From positions 14,260,001-14,324,000 of the forward strand of contig CM022671.1 of assembly GCA_012295275.1 (NCBI GenBank): a stretch of DNA of 64,000 nucleotides. The letters run 5' to 3'. The position numbers and the translations under genes were made by a program. Under the pieces are notes generated by a model, which did not search any database, was not told where the DNA came from, and saw only the letters and a program-made list of their open reading frames with translations. This document shows, in pieces, positions 26,255 through 40,918 of the stretch; position 1 is the first letter of the stretch; each line of letters opens with the position of its first letter. The stretch is from Chrysomallon squamiferum. Taxonomy: Eukaryota; Animalia; Mollusca.

Positions 26255-27056
26255 CAATGATAGTAATAGCATAAGGTGTTTTTGAAAAGAAGTAATGAAA
26301 ATGAATAAATGGATAATGATAAGAAAATACTTAATTTTAAACATTAACACTGCAGCATGATTGATGATGTATTGATATTTATAATGTGTTAATGACAAAT
26401 GATTGATTAAATTGTCAAAACTGATCCCTTCACCACCATTACTGGAAGATAAAAATAAATTAAAATTGGACAGGTAAAACTAGTTTTATATCATTTTTAA
26501 CTCTTTTATTTAGCTCATGTCAGAGACAACTGAAATATATAAAGTTTTTTTTTCTCTCTCCTCACAGAGGTTTAATTTTCTTCATTTCTCTTACTTCAGA
26601 AGATTCAATTGAAATTGAAATAACTTTAGTGCAAAACTATCTATTCAAAACGTTTAATGACCATTCTCATGTTAAAATGGAAATCAAGTCATTAATATTA
26701 TGCTAAATATATTGTATTTTTGCGCAAGTAAAATTTGATTAGTCTTAAAAACATAAGGAATGGTTGAAAATTACACTTATGGATCTAATCTGGCAATTGG
26801 TAACATGTACAAATGCAGTAAAACCTCTGTGCTGGAAATACTCCAGGCAAAGTACAAGAGTAAATCATTTACCATTACACACATTTCTTATTTAAAAAAT
26901 AATAATAAAAAAAAAAAAAGAAAACAATCAAGAAACAAAAAAGATTTAAAAAAAAAAAATTATATCCAATTTTCCCCGTCTCTTTTTATTTATATATTTC
27001 ATTATTATTATTGTTATTATCATTATTATCATATTATAATAATAATAATAATAATA

Positions 27057-27095
<39 letters not shown>

Positions 27096-27909
27096 CTTAT
27101 TGTTTATTATATATTTTTAAAAATTTGTTAATTTCATTTTTAACTATATTCTAATTGACATTTTCAAAATTTTCCAATAATCAAGGGATTAAAACAGAGA
27201 ACACATATCTGGCCAAATGTTTGAATTTCTAAAATTATTTTAAGTTAATAAAGTATGCAATTATTTTATATATAAAGTCATATAAACTTACTGAAATTAA
27301 CAAAAGTGATTACAAATTTATTAAAAAAACTGACATTACTGATCACACAGGAATAAAAATCTATGAGACTAAAAGGAAATTTTCCAAGTATACTCAGGAA
27401 AATAAAATTCTGCTACCTTAATAGTTATGTAAGACAGTTTAAAATGAGCTTAAAAAATATAAAGACATCATATCATTTACATTTAAAAGTTAATAGCAAA
27501 ATTAAAAGCCACTTAATCTTTATTATTATTATTATTATTATTTTAACAGAACATCTATGAGATAGACTCTCTCATCACAAGTAAAATGTGAAAAATTACA
27601 CCTCTGAAAATTACCATCATGTTAATGTGCGCAATCAGACATTAACAAGTTTTCCAATTAAACAAGATTTCTGAGTTTAACATTTCAAATCTTATCTTTT
27701 TGGTTAAAACACAAAATTCACTCATGCAGAAGAACATGATGATGTGAATGTAGCGAAAATCTGACAAATACAAAACATGTTTGTAAAGGTAGATTTCAAA
27801 ACGTCAAAATATATTTGATTCCTATGATTGAAGTAACATATATAATTTTTCATGAACTGTTTTGATCCATATGCTATTACATTATCTTCAAAAATTGTAA
27901 GTGATTAAA

Positions 27910-27960
<51 letters not shown>

Positions 27961-28979
27961 CTCAGAACTGAAGAATGAATTTATAAGCAAGACTGTTTCT
28001 TTATCATGTATTTGGTTTTAAACTTGAATAGACTATAGGGTGAAAAAAAAAAAAAAATATCCCCAAAAAACAATGCTGCCATTTAGCTATTTCATGTAAG
28101 AACACACAAATTTATAAGAAGGTGATAAGATTAACAGCTTGCTCTCTGGTTGTTATACATACAAGTATAATATACTGTATAAAAGTATAGTATACCACAT
28201 ACAATTTGTACAACACTGGTAATGCAACAAAACAAAATTCATAAACTGTGTACCATAGCATTATCAAAATTGTCTTTCACTGCAACTGGTATACTTAAAA
28301 GTAATTCCTTTCTTATGGATTAAAGCAAATTTGTCATTTTGAGAAAAAAAAATTGTAAAAATGTACACTATTTTAAACCTTCCCAAAAACCTGTCTTAAA
28401 GCAGCAAATAGAAAATTGAGATAATGCTATTTAAAAGAAAAAGTTCACACATCTTGATATGCACGCTTCATAAACAACACAGTCCATGCAATTTACACTC
28501 TTCTTCGGAAGCACATCTTCAAAAACTTGCACTTGCCAGACAATATTTGGATTTTCTAGTATGTATGCAGCAGTATATACTGGTGTATTTCTTACTTATT
28601 TTATTTTTTTTATTATTATTATTATTTTTTAATAATGTATATTCATTCACTACGGGCCAGAAACAGTATTTCTTTCAGGATCCAAATGCCATGGCAACAA
28701 CTATCTAGACAGTTTACATAAATCTGTGAAAACACTTGTTCAATGTCTTTAAAATACACATGCACACAGTTTCCAGGATACAGTTCCAAACTATATGTAA
28801 AATTAGCAGACTGTTTTCACTCACAGTTTTAGAATCCTTGTGAACTACAACTTCACATTTAATGTTTCTGGAATTCATGTTTGTTGTTTGTGAAGATCTC
28901 TGCAAGTCCATCTTACCAGACTGATTTTTAAATATGTATTACGGAGGGGAAAGGAATCAAGTGTCTGTGGTTTTCACTG

Positions 28980-31900
28980 TTACGACTGTGACTGCATGGC
29001 CTGACGAACACAAGCAGCCAGCAATTCATCAACCTGGTCTCCATCCGATTCGGGGTCAATATCAAACTCCTGTAAAACAAACAGTCTTTATTTAAAACAT
29101 CTCTACACAGTAAATCACCATCATACATGTATTGGCAGGCATTTTTATAATTACAACAACTGTCAGTAACTAGAAGGGCTAACAGAACTGTTGTAATATT
29201 AGTGTAACATGTTAAAACGTGCTTTCTGGTTTTCATCTTGCTAAGGAGTCATATTGTATTTAAAATCAATGTGACAGCCTGGATGTAAACACACAGTGGG
29301 TTATGTTCAGTTATTTCACACAACCATTCGGTTAGCTTATAATGCATAACGCTACCACTCAAACAGAAATAAACTAAAAAAATAAATTTAAATATCCATA
29401 AAGAAATCTGAAAAAATATTTTTTTTTATAAAATAACAGAGAAAGAAATACAGTTCAAAATCCATTTCTTTGAGAAACAACAGAACAGCTATCATATTTA
29501 CAAATTTCAATGAAAGAGAAACAAGAGAAATTTGAAAAGCTTCAAGTTGATCCTCTTTTATTACTTCACACTGTTTACACACCTGCATTTTGACTTTTCA
29601 CAACTATTTTATCCCATCACATACCTCCAGCTGTTTACTTCTGTTATTTCACTTTTCCATTAATACACCAAACAATAAATTGGTACATTAAAAAAAATAA
29701 TATTACTAAAAAAATATATATTGTTGCTACTTTTTACACAGGTATTATGTCAAGGACATTTGTTAGTTAGATTAGGATTCAGCTATATTTACATATATAT
29801 AAAATTTTACACAGGTATTTGCAAGAACATGAACATTAAAAACACAAATTAATACCAAATATACACAGAAAAAATCACAAAATGTATATTATTATCTTTC
29901 GTGATGCTTCCTACATAATTAGTATTTTGTCATATAACTTTTATTAAAAGCCAGACTTTAATTATTATTAATTTTTTTATATATATATATATATATAAAC
30001 ATTTTTTTCAGCATTCTACTAATCTAGAAATTGTGTTTAAATGAAAAATATTTCAGAATTCAAAGGTTCAGCTTTCCTTTTTGGTTATGATCTGAAAATA
30101 ATTGCTAAAGAAAGTAGAACTAAATAATGGTAAGTCTGACTGAAAATACTATTCTGAGAATGCTACAGTATATCAATATGTTGAAACTGTGTGACTACCA
30201 CCTTGTCCCCAGATGAATATTCATTACTGCTTCTCTAATAGTACCATAATTAACCTCCTGACAGACGATCAGGAAGAAAAAAATAAACCAATGTTTTTAA
30301 TCATCCAAGATACTGAAATTACACCAAGGTGATTTTCCAACAGACTGGGTTTCCACATCAAACTCTTGAAGGAACTCTGCAACACGAGTATTATTAAACA
30401 AACTTGGCAATTTCCATCAGGAAACTGATCCCTGTTTTAATGTCCAAAAAACCAAATGTGCTGTGACTTTTCTATGTGTTGCTGAACAAGAAGACAACAT
30501 TACTGCAGAAAATAAAACTCCTCATCTTCTTTGACACTAATGTCTCATTGATGGCCCCCTTTGGAAATGAAGTAGCAGGCGTGTTTTGTTCAGTCATGTA
30601 GATTGGTTTTAAAAGAATACATATGCATAATTGATTTTTATAAAGAAAACGTTTTTGTGAAGAGTTAACAAAAGTGCACATTATAAAGCAATCTATAAAT
30701 GTAACTTTAGGCAAATTTTCCTCACTAAATGTTTGGAATATTTCTATTATTACTTTTTGAGGGAATAAGTTCATGTGGAAATAATACATTTAACACGCAT
30801 ATGTGAATTTTAGATTTGTAAAATCAACTTTGCTTTAAGCCTATCTTTAAAACGATCCTATAATCAAAGAACGTTGATTTAATTAAATAATTAAAAAGTC
30901 TGTATTTACCTCATTTATGGATTTCAGAAGTTTAGCTATTAGTTTTCTCACTGACGACAGTTTGCCTTGTGCATCTTCTGATTCCTGTTTACGTACTGAA
31001 GCTTCTGTCTGAAAGTTGCTCACCAGCTGTGTTTAAATAACAAAAATTTATTTTAAAAAGAAACAAAATTACAATTCCTCACACAAAGAGACCCCCCCCA
31101 AAATGTCATGAATATTTAATTTATTTTTAATATCAACAGCTAAAACACAATCATTAATAAGAATATTAAGTTTAATAATAATAAAAAAATAACTTAGAAA
31201 TTGAAAAGAGAACACTTTTTTCATAACAATATCATTCGAAGTGTACATAATCACCTTTATGAAAATTTTTAAATTAATTATAATAAATTATTATAATTAC
31301 TTACCCGTCTCAATCCTTTTTCATAGTGATCAAAGAAATCGTCCAATGGGAAAGCTGCCAGTTCTTGCAGTGACATAGCTGATATGGTGTCTTTGTCCAT
31401 GATCCACTGAGGTGGCAAGAAATAACGCAGACACGTTCTACACAGTAAGAAAATTATCACAGTAGTCAGTGTAACCCATTCATAGACAACATCTTTGTTT
31501 AAAAAGACAACATTCAACAAAATGATTATTCTCTCCGGTATTAAATAAACACTTACTGTAAATGGGGTTTTTTTTCAGTAAGAATACTGAAATTTTCCTC
31601 TCTTATGTCATTGTTATTTAAAAAAAAAAATATATATGCATGCATATTATTTGTGTATGTGTTTCTTGTTTAGCTAAACCTTTCCTTTATAAAGGTACTC
31701 TTAACTACCGTGTTAATTAGTACCTGTAGCCATTTCCAATTTCCTCTGTTATTTGTGAAGTTACAGCCGCTGGTGTTGCTGTTGATGAAGTTGGTGTTTC
31801 GGTTGCTGTGTCGTGTGATGATATGGAGGCTGGAGATGGTGGGCCACCATTGGATGTACTAAAACCAGCATGACCAGACTGTGCAAGGAAAACAAGTATT

Positions 31901-34900
31901 TCACTCATTCTAGTTTTATTCTGTAGTGAAAACTTATTGTCATCACACTGTTTTGTTTTCTGTTACAATAAATATGTCATTTAAACTCTGACTTGATATT
32001 TAAAATGTGAAGATATATAAAACCGTTTGGTTTTTCTTTAGGTTTGATATAACAGCTACAGAAATTAAAGATATTTAATCAACAAGACATATTATAAATG
32101 TTTTTAGTTTTAGTTTCTGAGTTTCTTTATATATAGCATGTTTGATATCTGTTATTAACTGACCTTCAAAATTCGTATATCACTTCCATTTTTGTCAAAC
32201 CTGTAATAAAATAACATTAAACATAATAATTTTAAATAACATATCTTTTTTATTATTATTATTATTAACTGATATATTTAAAATAAAAAATGTAATAATG
32301 AAGTGAAATATTACAACTATAACTTTTGGTGCCAAAAAAAAAAGAAGAAAAGAAATGCATCTTCAAAGTAACCTAAATTAATACATTTACTTACAAACAA
32401 ACAAATAAAAATATAAAATCAGGTAATAATTTGTTTCAAAACCAATACTACTACATGTTACAATAAACAAGAGGATTATCTTTCTTTGCACTGAACATCC
32501 CACAACAAACCAAATTAATAACATCTAAAGCTGTGAAGAAAGGCACCAGTCAGTGACTAAACCAACACCCAAATCTTCACAACAACCAAGATGACTCAAC
32601 AAAAAAGCTAAAAACTGTTTTACCACCATTTCCCTCCCTCTCTCCCCCTTGGGAAATAAACACCTCCCTCACACGATTCCACACCTGACCTCAACACAAC
32701 CTGTACAACCATGCATCAAACAGTGCTGACCAGCTTACAGCATGTTATGTAATTCAGACAATTACTTAAAAAAACTATCTTTCAACAAGGGACAAAAATG
32801 CACAGAACAAAAGACACGCAGACACATTAGTATGGAAGAACAAAGAAAGCATCTATAATTTGTTGAGTTAATATCAGAAAAGTAACAATTAAATTTTGGG
32901 GCACCAACTGTGTAACACTGACATTTGAACAATTTTTAAAAATTATTAGTATTTTTATTGTTTTAATGCTCAAGTTAAATATTCTAGGTAATCTTTGTAT
33001 CTTCAGTTTTAATCAACTTTACATCTAAATGTATTAAGTGCTGTTTGGTATATTTCTTATTATATGGCTTCTGTGGGGTAAGACAATACATTTTTTTCAA
33101 TAACATCAGAAAAAGACCAAAATTCCTACAAGAATAAAACTCACAAGGTATTTTTAGTAATTACCTATAAAAAAATATAAATAAATAAATAAAATTTAAA
33201 AATTAAATATATTTATATATATGTATTTGTGTTATAATTTTTTTCATAACATAAATGATCATAGATGGACATATACATTTTTATAGTAATAACTGTATTA
33301 AATATAGACCTTTTTAAATTATTTTTATGAGGGGGGAGAGCTCTTTCTCAGGCTAATACAATTTTTATTAAAGAAAAATAATGAAAAAAAAAAAATAACA
33401 AATAAATAACAAAAAATTAACAAATAAAATAAAATACAGAGTTTAAAAAACCCCAAACAATCCTGATGCTTAAGAATTTTTTAAAAAATATTCAGGGTAA
33501 GCCAACCTTGCTGAAGAAGATGAAACAGTATTCAGACAGCAGAGATTATTAATTTTTCATTAATGTCACAAGGGTCTGTAATTTGCTGGCGTAAACGGCT
33601 ATGCTTGTCTAACACACTGAGCTGATAGTCCCTTTGCTAAACTTTGCCAATTAGAAGCTCTCTGGCAGTCTATCAAGAAAAATTGCTTGCAATTCGATTC
33701 AAATGATTGAATGCATTAACAGCAACCAAGTTGGCCACTTTAAATATCCTTGGGGAGATATCAAAAATATTTCCTGCAAAAGGATTTTCTACTACTGTCA
33801 ACAATCTCGGAACTGGGGAATAATTCAAGCATATTTAAATTACAATGAACAAAAGTTGCAATTAGCTATGGGTGATTGACTACGTAATTAATCTAGACCT
33901 GCCTACCCATATGAAGCTATAGGGAACAAAGCCATCAGAATAACTGAAATACATTTAAGACCAGTTTAAAATAACTTCCAACAATTATAAGTGAATTTTT
34001 AATTACTTTCTATCTTTCCTTTTTTTTTTTCCTAAAGTTTTTTTTTGTTTTGTTTGTTTGTTTGTTTTTTTTTGTTTTTTTTTTATAAATCTATGTTGTT
34101 TAATATGCCTACACCAATCAATAGTTATATTTTCAGTCATATAACACTTCTGCCAATAATATATTTAAAAAAATATTTTTTCTCCATTTTCATTTATTTA
34201 TTTTTGTTACCTTGTTATTTTTTTTTTTTAATTTTCAATTTCATGTCACATTTAATTCTACACAGAAATGTAAATTTTAGTACCATAACAATAATAAAAA
34301 TATATTCAAAACTGAACTGAATAACCTGCTATATTTTATATTGTTAAAATTGTTTATGATGTACTCTCCATTAGTATACAAAATAAAATTTTTATAATGT
34401 TAAAGGATTTAAAAAAAATTTATATATATATTTTAAAATAAATAATGAAAATATCCATCTGAGATTCATGTTTAGTGATCTGTGTAATAAAAAAATAAAA
34501 AAAAATACTTTGTAAAATTATATCTGTATAGTAAGAAACTGCTTATTCTATTTACTAAACAGTTATTCAGAGTGATATTACAAAGGGCTTATTTCAGTAA
34601 TAGTTCTGCAATACTGTAAAAAGAAAATAAAATATTTAACAGAATTCTCTGTTTTATGATTAATATTTATTGTTTTTTAATTTTTATATTTTGTATTCAA
34701 CTGCTGCACAGAATGAGCTACTAATCTAAAACATCAAAATACAATATATTTGGTTACAATAAGTTATGTTTTAAATCAAACGTGCTCTAGAAAACATATA
34801 AATAAAGGAAGAATACAGGTTGTTAGCCTTCCCTTTGGTGAAACCACAACTGCATCAAGATGAAGAGAGAAACATGTATCATATGAATATATGCAAATTT

Positions 34901-37900
34901 CAACACAAGAACGATACAAGATTTTCAGTTACTTTCTATGCAAATCCCTTAAATCTAGTAAGTCTAAGGACAATGTAAGCCATGACAGTTTTAGACAAGA
35001 TATTAAATAATTAACGTAACTGCATTCCACACATGTATTTTCTTAAAAAATAATCCAACAACAACAAAACGCAAAAAACAAAAACCAACAAAAAGAAAGA
35101 AAAAGAACTAGAGTCAGTATCGCATGTTATTTTACTGCTGGGAGAATAGTATCAAGGGATCAAATTCCTGCAGATCCTCTTAGTCCCTCAGTAAATGTTT
35201 TATTTTACTGCTATCAAAGCATTACTACTTCTAGAATAATGATCAGTTACTGGTGAACAGGCAAAACCGTATGTGTGATATTGCAAATATAGAATAAATA
35301 CTAGAATCAGCCAAGGCCAAATTTTTCTTGCTTAGGCCAATAAATCTGGTACATTTGACTGGAAAATAACAGTGGTGAGATGAAACTTGGCAAATACAAT
35401 CAGATTTCTTTTACTCTATCAGAAACAACAAACTAACAGTCAGGTCATGCATATGCCAGAACACTGTGTGTCCATTATCTGACCCTCACAGAAAAAGCAG
35501 TTTTTTTTTAAGGAAACTGAAACAGTGGATGACTCATGCAAATCTTGCTTTTTGGCATGAAACAGTTATGAATGAAACTGAACCTAGTAAAGGCAAGCAA
35601 TGAACAACAATGCCGACTGATTCTTTTCCACAAGCTTCTTGATGTCTGTTAGAATTTTAGTAGATAGACTTTATTTTCTTTTTTGTGGGACTGGCAAGTT
35701 ACAAATGTATTAGGTTGTGTATCTGGTTGGCCCTACCAAAATTATTATTTGTTTTTTATTTTATTTTAATCAGGACCTGTATGAAAAATTAAAATGTATT
35801 TTAAACCAAACAAAATAAAGGTCAAGGTATTAATTAAAAAAATATGTATTTCTAAAATATGTAAGAAGAAATTGTGTAAAAAATAAATAAATAAATAAAT
35901 AAATAAATAAAAGCAAGAACAAATGAATCCAATTTATGTGGAATTTTTTTTATATATAGCATTTTGCTCAAAAGTATTATTTTTAAACAAAAAATTAGTT
36001 AAATGAATGCAGTTATTTTTATTTTTTTATTTTTTAAACCTGTCTCTCATATCAAAACATTTTCAGTTTATTTTTCTTATTATTATAACTGATGCCATAA
36101 GAAAGAATAAATTAGTATAAAAATTAAAAAATTAAAAGAAATAATTTTTTTTTAACAAAATATCTGTAAATTGTAATCTGTCAAGTATCAAAATAAACAT
36201 ACTTATTATTTCAGTACTACTGTATGTTTGCTCACTATACCTAATCTATGAAAGAAAATGAAAATAAATGTTTACCTCAAGGGACAAAACTCCAAACACC
36301 AAAATATTCAACAGAACAGATTTTTTCATTCATTAAGTGATTTAACAAACCATTAGAAAAGTGATATATCTTTGTAACTAGTGTTTTTAATGTCTGATTT
36401 TAATAAGATATTTATAAAGCTATCTTAATAAATGATACTGTTGACAGAAATACAAAACAATCTAGCCTAATTTCTTTACAGTATGAAACTTCTCTCTCTG
36501 TCTCTGTCTCTTTCTGTGTGTGTGTGTGTGTGTCGAAACTCTCACAAACATGCATATATGCATACACAGATAAATATATGTATTCAGGTCTACAGATATA
36601 TTACACTGATTAAATAATTCATGTTTGTCTGTTTTCAAGATATTCAAACAAATGATAATGACATTTGCCATCTTCAGTATATTAATATTGATACTGTTAC
36701 ACACACAAGACGATTTATAGCAGATACTTGTAAATATTTCTATTTTATTGAAATTTATACAGAATAATAGTCCTTTTTATGCTACAATGTCTGTGTAATA
36801 TCAAACTGAATAAAATCCAAACCACTGTTTGTTTTGTTCACAAAAACTTGTAAGTATTCACTGTCAGTGATACCAATACTATTAGGAAACAAATAACTAA
36901 TTTATTTTTGACACACTAATGGGCAAACAGTAGCTTTACAAATTTCTGAAAGAGATTATAGAATGTAATTGAATAATCTGGTCATAGACATTTTGGGATG
37001 AATGGTTGGATTACTCTACCATATTGTTTTTGTCAGAATTATTTCCCCTTAGGTTTGGATTAACCATTGAAAAAAAAATTAAAAATCCTTTATTATATAA
37101 TTTATATTCTGACAGAAAATATGAACATTTTTAAATGAGTTTCAATAACAATTTTGTTCTCATTTCGCCTCTGGAAAAAGTTTTCAACAATGTTTTTAAA
37201 ATGAAAAGAAATGACTGGATGTAAAAATAACAAAACTTTATATCAAACAGTTACAGTATAATAAAATCAAGAAACTAAAGATATGTCTATACCATTCTCT
37301 AACTATCACAGTCACCAGATGGGTTCAAATTGATTTGGGCTTTTGATTCTGCATCAAAAGCATTTGCAATTAAAAACATCTACAACAAGCTAACTGTCAC
37401 CAACATGTCATCATACTTTACATCTGTCTTGTACTCAAAACTTTCAATAAATATAATAAAGCAAATAAATAACTCACCATTTATCATGCTTGTCTTTGGA
37501 ACTATCTATTTTTATTTTCCACTTGGCATCTGCAGGATTAACTTTCACAACTGTACCAGACACCCTGTGAAAATTAATAAACATAATTTGTAAAAATGAA
37601 TTCAATGACTGATTGTATTAATTTTATTCATGTCTTCCCTCTATCATATTGTTCTTGTTAGAGTTATTTCCCCTTAAGAATGGATTTATTGTTGAAAAAA
37701 ATTCAGTTAACTGATTACGAAATATATGTCCTTACTGACAATATCAAAATATTATTTTGAATTCACGCACACACGCAAACATTTACTTTCCATAACATTA
37801 GAAATAAAAATAAATGAGTCAAAAAATACATACCATTTATTGTTCACATGAACCTCTACCCTAGTCCCAATTTCACCTGCAAAGAAAACATTAAAAATTT

Positions 37901-40867
37901 TAAATATATATTTAGTTTTTAAATATTAATATAGAAAACAATGTATTTTTAAAAATAATAATGAAAATCACTTCCTTTCAGTAATTATTTAAATTAAATA
38001 CTCATGAAATAACTAAAACAAACAGTGAAATAAAACAATAAATTTAATCTGACACACTGGATGAGTTAAAAGTTTACAACAAAACTACAGGATTACTTAA
38101 CACTATAACAACAGAGAGATCATATTCAATCTTTTACCATTGCTATCAGCATCCTTAATGCACACTTTTTCTGGTTCTTCGTCAGTATCCATGGCAACAC
38201 CATCAGTAAGACATTTCCCATCTGCTTCATTTTCTTCACGTGCAGAAGCAGACTGGAACAAATCATGTGTTTTCATTTAAGCTCAGATCAGAAGTATTAT
38301 TAAACAGCTGATACAACAAAAAACTATTCTAATCAAAATATATTCTATAAAAACAATATTTCAATTTTTTAAATGAATGTCTCATCTAAAATACACAAAA
38401 CTGGCTCTTTTAAGCTAGATCAGATCTTAAGGGGACATATGTGGCAAAAATAAAGAAATCTTTATTTTTTACGTTACAGAATGGACAATAACCCCCTTTT
38501 GTTACCATAAATAACTAGTGACAAATGGTTACTTTTACTTTTTTTAATTATAGTACCCCATTTCATGAACCTCTGCAGCCCAAACAAACATACATACATA
38601 CATACATACATATATATTCAAACAGCTAGGGTTCATTATAGACATGTATTTCTACAAAATTACAGAAAAAAAATTAGTCTTTGTTTACATAATTCATAAG
38701 AAGTAATTTGTTAAAAACAAAAATACATTTTTCTTTTTATTTTGAAACAAAAGAAAGTTGTATAAAGGTTATATTAAAAGAATAGTTAATTTTTTCCAAG
38801 ATTTTCATTCTGTCATTCTGTAGTGTTTGATTTTAAATATATATATTCCAAATTTGGAAACTCTAGCTCAAATAATTTTCATATGGCATCTTTCCAAGAA
38901 TGTTAGGAATGTACAAAAATAAGATAGGTGATAAAAAAAATAATAAAAAACTTATGTTTTATAAACCATATTTCCACTTATTATGTATAGGGATGATGGT
39001 ATGCATCATTGTTATATATAATCTATATATATGCACTTCCTTTTGAAAAAAACTTGAAACATTTATCTGAAAAAGTAAATTTCTTATGTATGTTTTCTAA
39101 ATGGTCATGTCAAAAACTAAAAACAATTTTCTTTATTCAAGTTTTGTCATTTTTTTGCCTAGCATGTTGTCTTAAATCTGCACCAGTTACTTAAGTGAAA
39201 GTGAATGTATCATATAGTGAAAGTGACTGTATCATATGGTGAAAGTGACTAGTTTGGTTTAAAATACCTCAGGCTTTGATGGAGAAAATATTCCAGGCTT
39301 TGGTTGTTTTTTGGGAGAGTCGTTGTCTGAATCGGAGGACTGAGTCTTCTGTTTTTTTGCAGGAACAACATCTTCATCTGGTTCTGGACTCGACATTTTA
39401 CTTGTGTCTTTGTTAACATCTTCCATATCTGAGTCAGCAGCAGAGGAAGCAGATGATGGTCTTACTTTGGCAGATTCTCCTTTTGATGATGTTCCTTTCT
39501 TTGCTTCAGCCAACTGTGTGAACAATATTAAAAAAATAAACAAATGCTGCTTAATGATGTAATAATCACATTCTGACATAACTTTTAGTAGTTTTTATTA
39601 CATACTGTTGACATTACATCACAATTATTTGAACAGTGCAAACATACATGCAAAAAAGTAAAATTATATTAATTAACAAAAAAAAACATTTCCTAATTAC
39701 AAATGCAAGAATATATATCAGTGTTTTATAATTCAGAAATCAGCTGAAACAGTTTTGTTAAGAACCTCAAAATCAGATAAGTAGAAGTATGAAAATACAC
39801 TGAAAAACAACCGAATACCAGAAAAACTAACCTTCGCTGCTTTGACTGATGCCACTGTTCTGGCTTGGTGTGTAGGTTTTTGTGAGGCACGTACAAATGC
39901 AGATTTTGCTTTAGGTTCTGACTGCAGTTTGGTTCTAAGTGACTGCTCCAGCTTCTTGGCTTTTTGTATTTGCTTTATTTTTTGAAAATAAAATAAAATA
40001 TTGAAAAAAATAACTGAAAATGGTACTTAATTTATCTGTTCATACAGAAATATTAAAATAATAAATTAATAGTTTAAATTTTTTATTATCTTCCTACAAT
40101 TTTACTGACTGAATAATGACTTTAAAATTTTTTCTTAAACCAAATATATAACTGGTACAAAATTTCACAAAAAAACCCAAACTCTTTTATTAAATCTTTT
40201 GAATTATTCTACTGTATTTATATAAATAACAAATAACTGGTCACCGGTGTAACAATTCTGGTTGACATACATGAAACACAAATGAATATTATAACTAAAC
40301 ATAATGCACAATTAATAATTTCCCCCGATTTTTTCCATTGTTTTTCTGATATATTTTGTGTGTTCATTTTGTGATGGAACCACTACACATGATGTTCAGT
40401 TTTCAAAAGGGAGGTAAAGTTCTGACCACAGAATGTTTCAAACAAAATGTTAACAAATAACTAAAACACAACTGAACATACTTTTAGCTTTGACATTTTC
40501 TCTCTCTCTCTTTTTGCACGGCGCAGTTCTGCCCTCCGTTTCTCCTCCCTTCTTTCTTTCCTTTCTTCTTCTCGCTCTCTTTCCCTGTCATGCCTGTCGT
40601 GGTCCTTTTTTTCCCGTTCTCTCCGCTCTCTTTCTTTTCTTTCTTGTTCTTTTCGCTGTTCTTCTTTTCGTTCTCTTTCCATTTGTTCAATCTCTCTTCG
40701 TTCCTCCTCTCTCTTTATACGTTCCTGTTCTAATGCAAGGGCTTCACGATTGGATTTAACTGCCTTTGTTCTCTGAAAATTGAAAAATCACATGAAAAAT
40801 AAAAAATGAAATTAAAAAAAAAGGTTTTTCATTAATAAAAAATAATTTTATATACGTTGATTCCCTT

Positions 40868-40918
<51 letters not shown>

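Noticed and set aside
11304-27131. Poly-Ile/Leu/Tyr/Phe ORFs in the ORF track
   Set aside because: Translations of (ATT)n, (ATTT)n and (TA)n microsatellites.
40371-40430. Box C/D snoRNA-like GTGATGG...CTGA
   Set aside because: Imperfect C box, and on the strand opposite the MORC2 host transcript.
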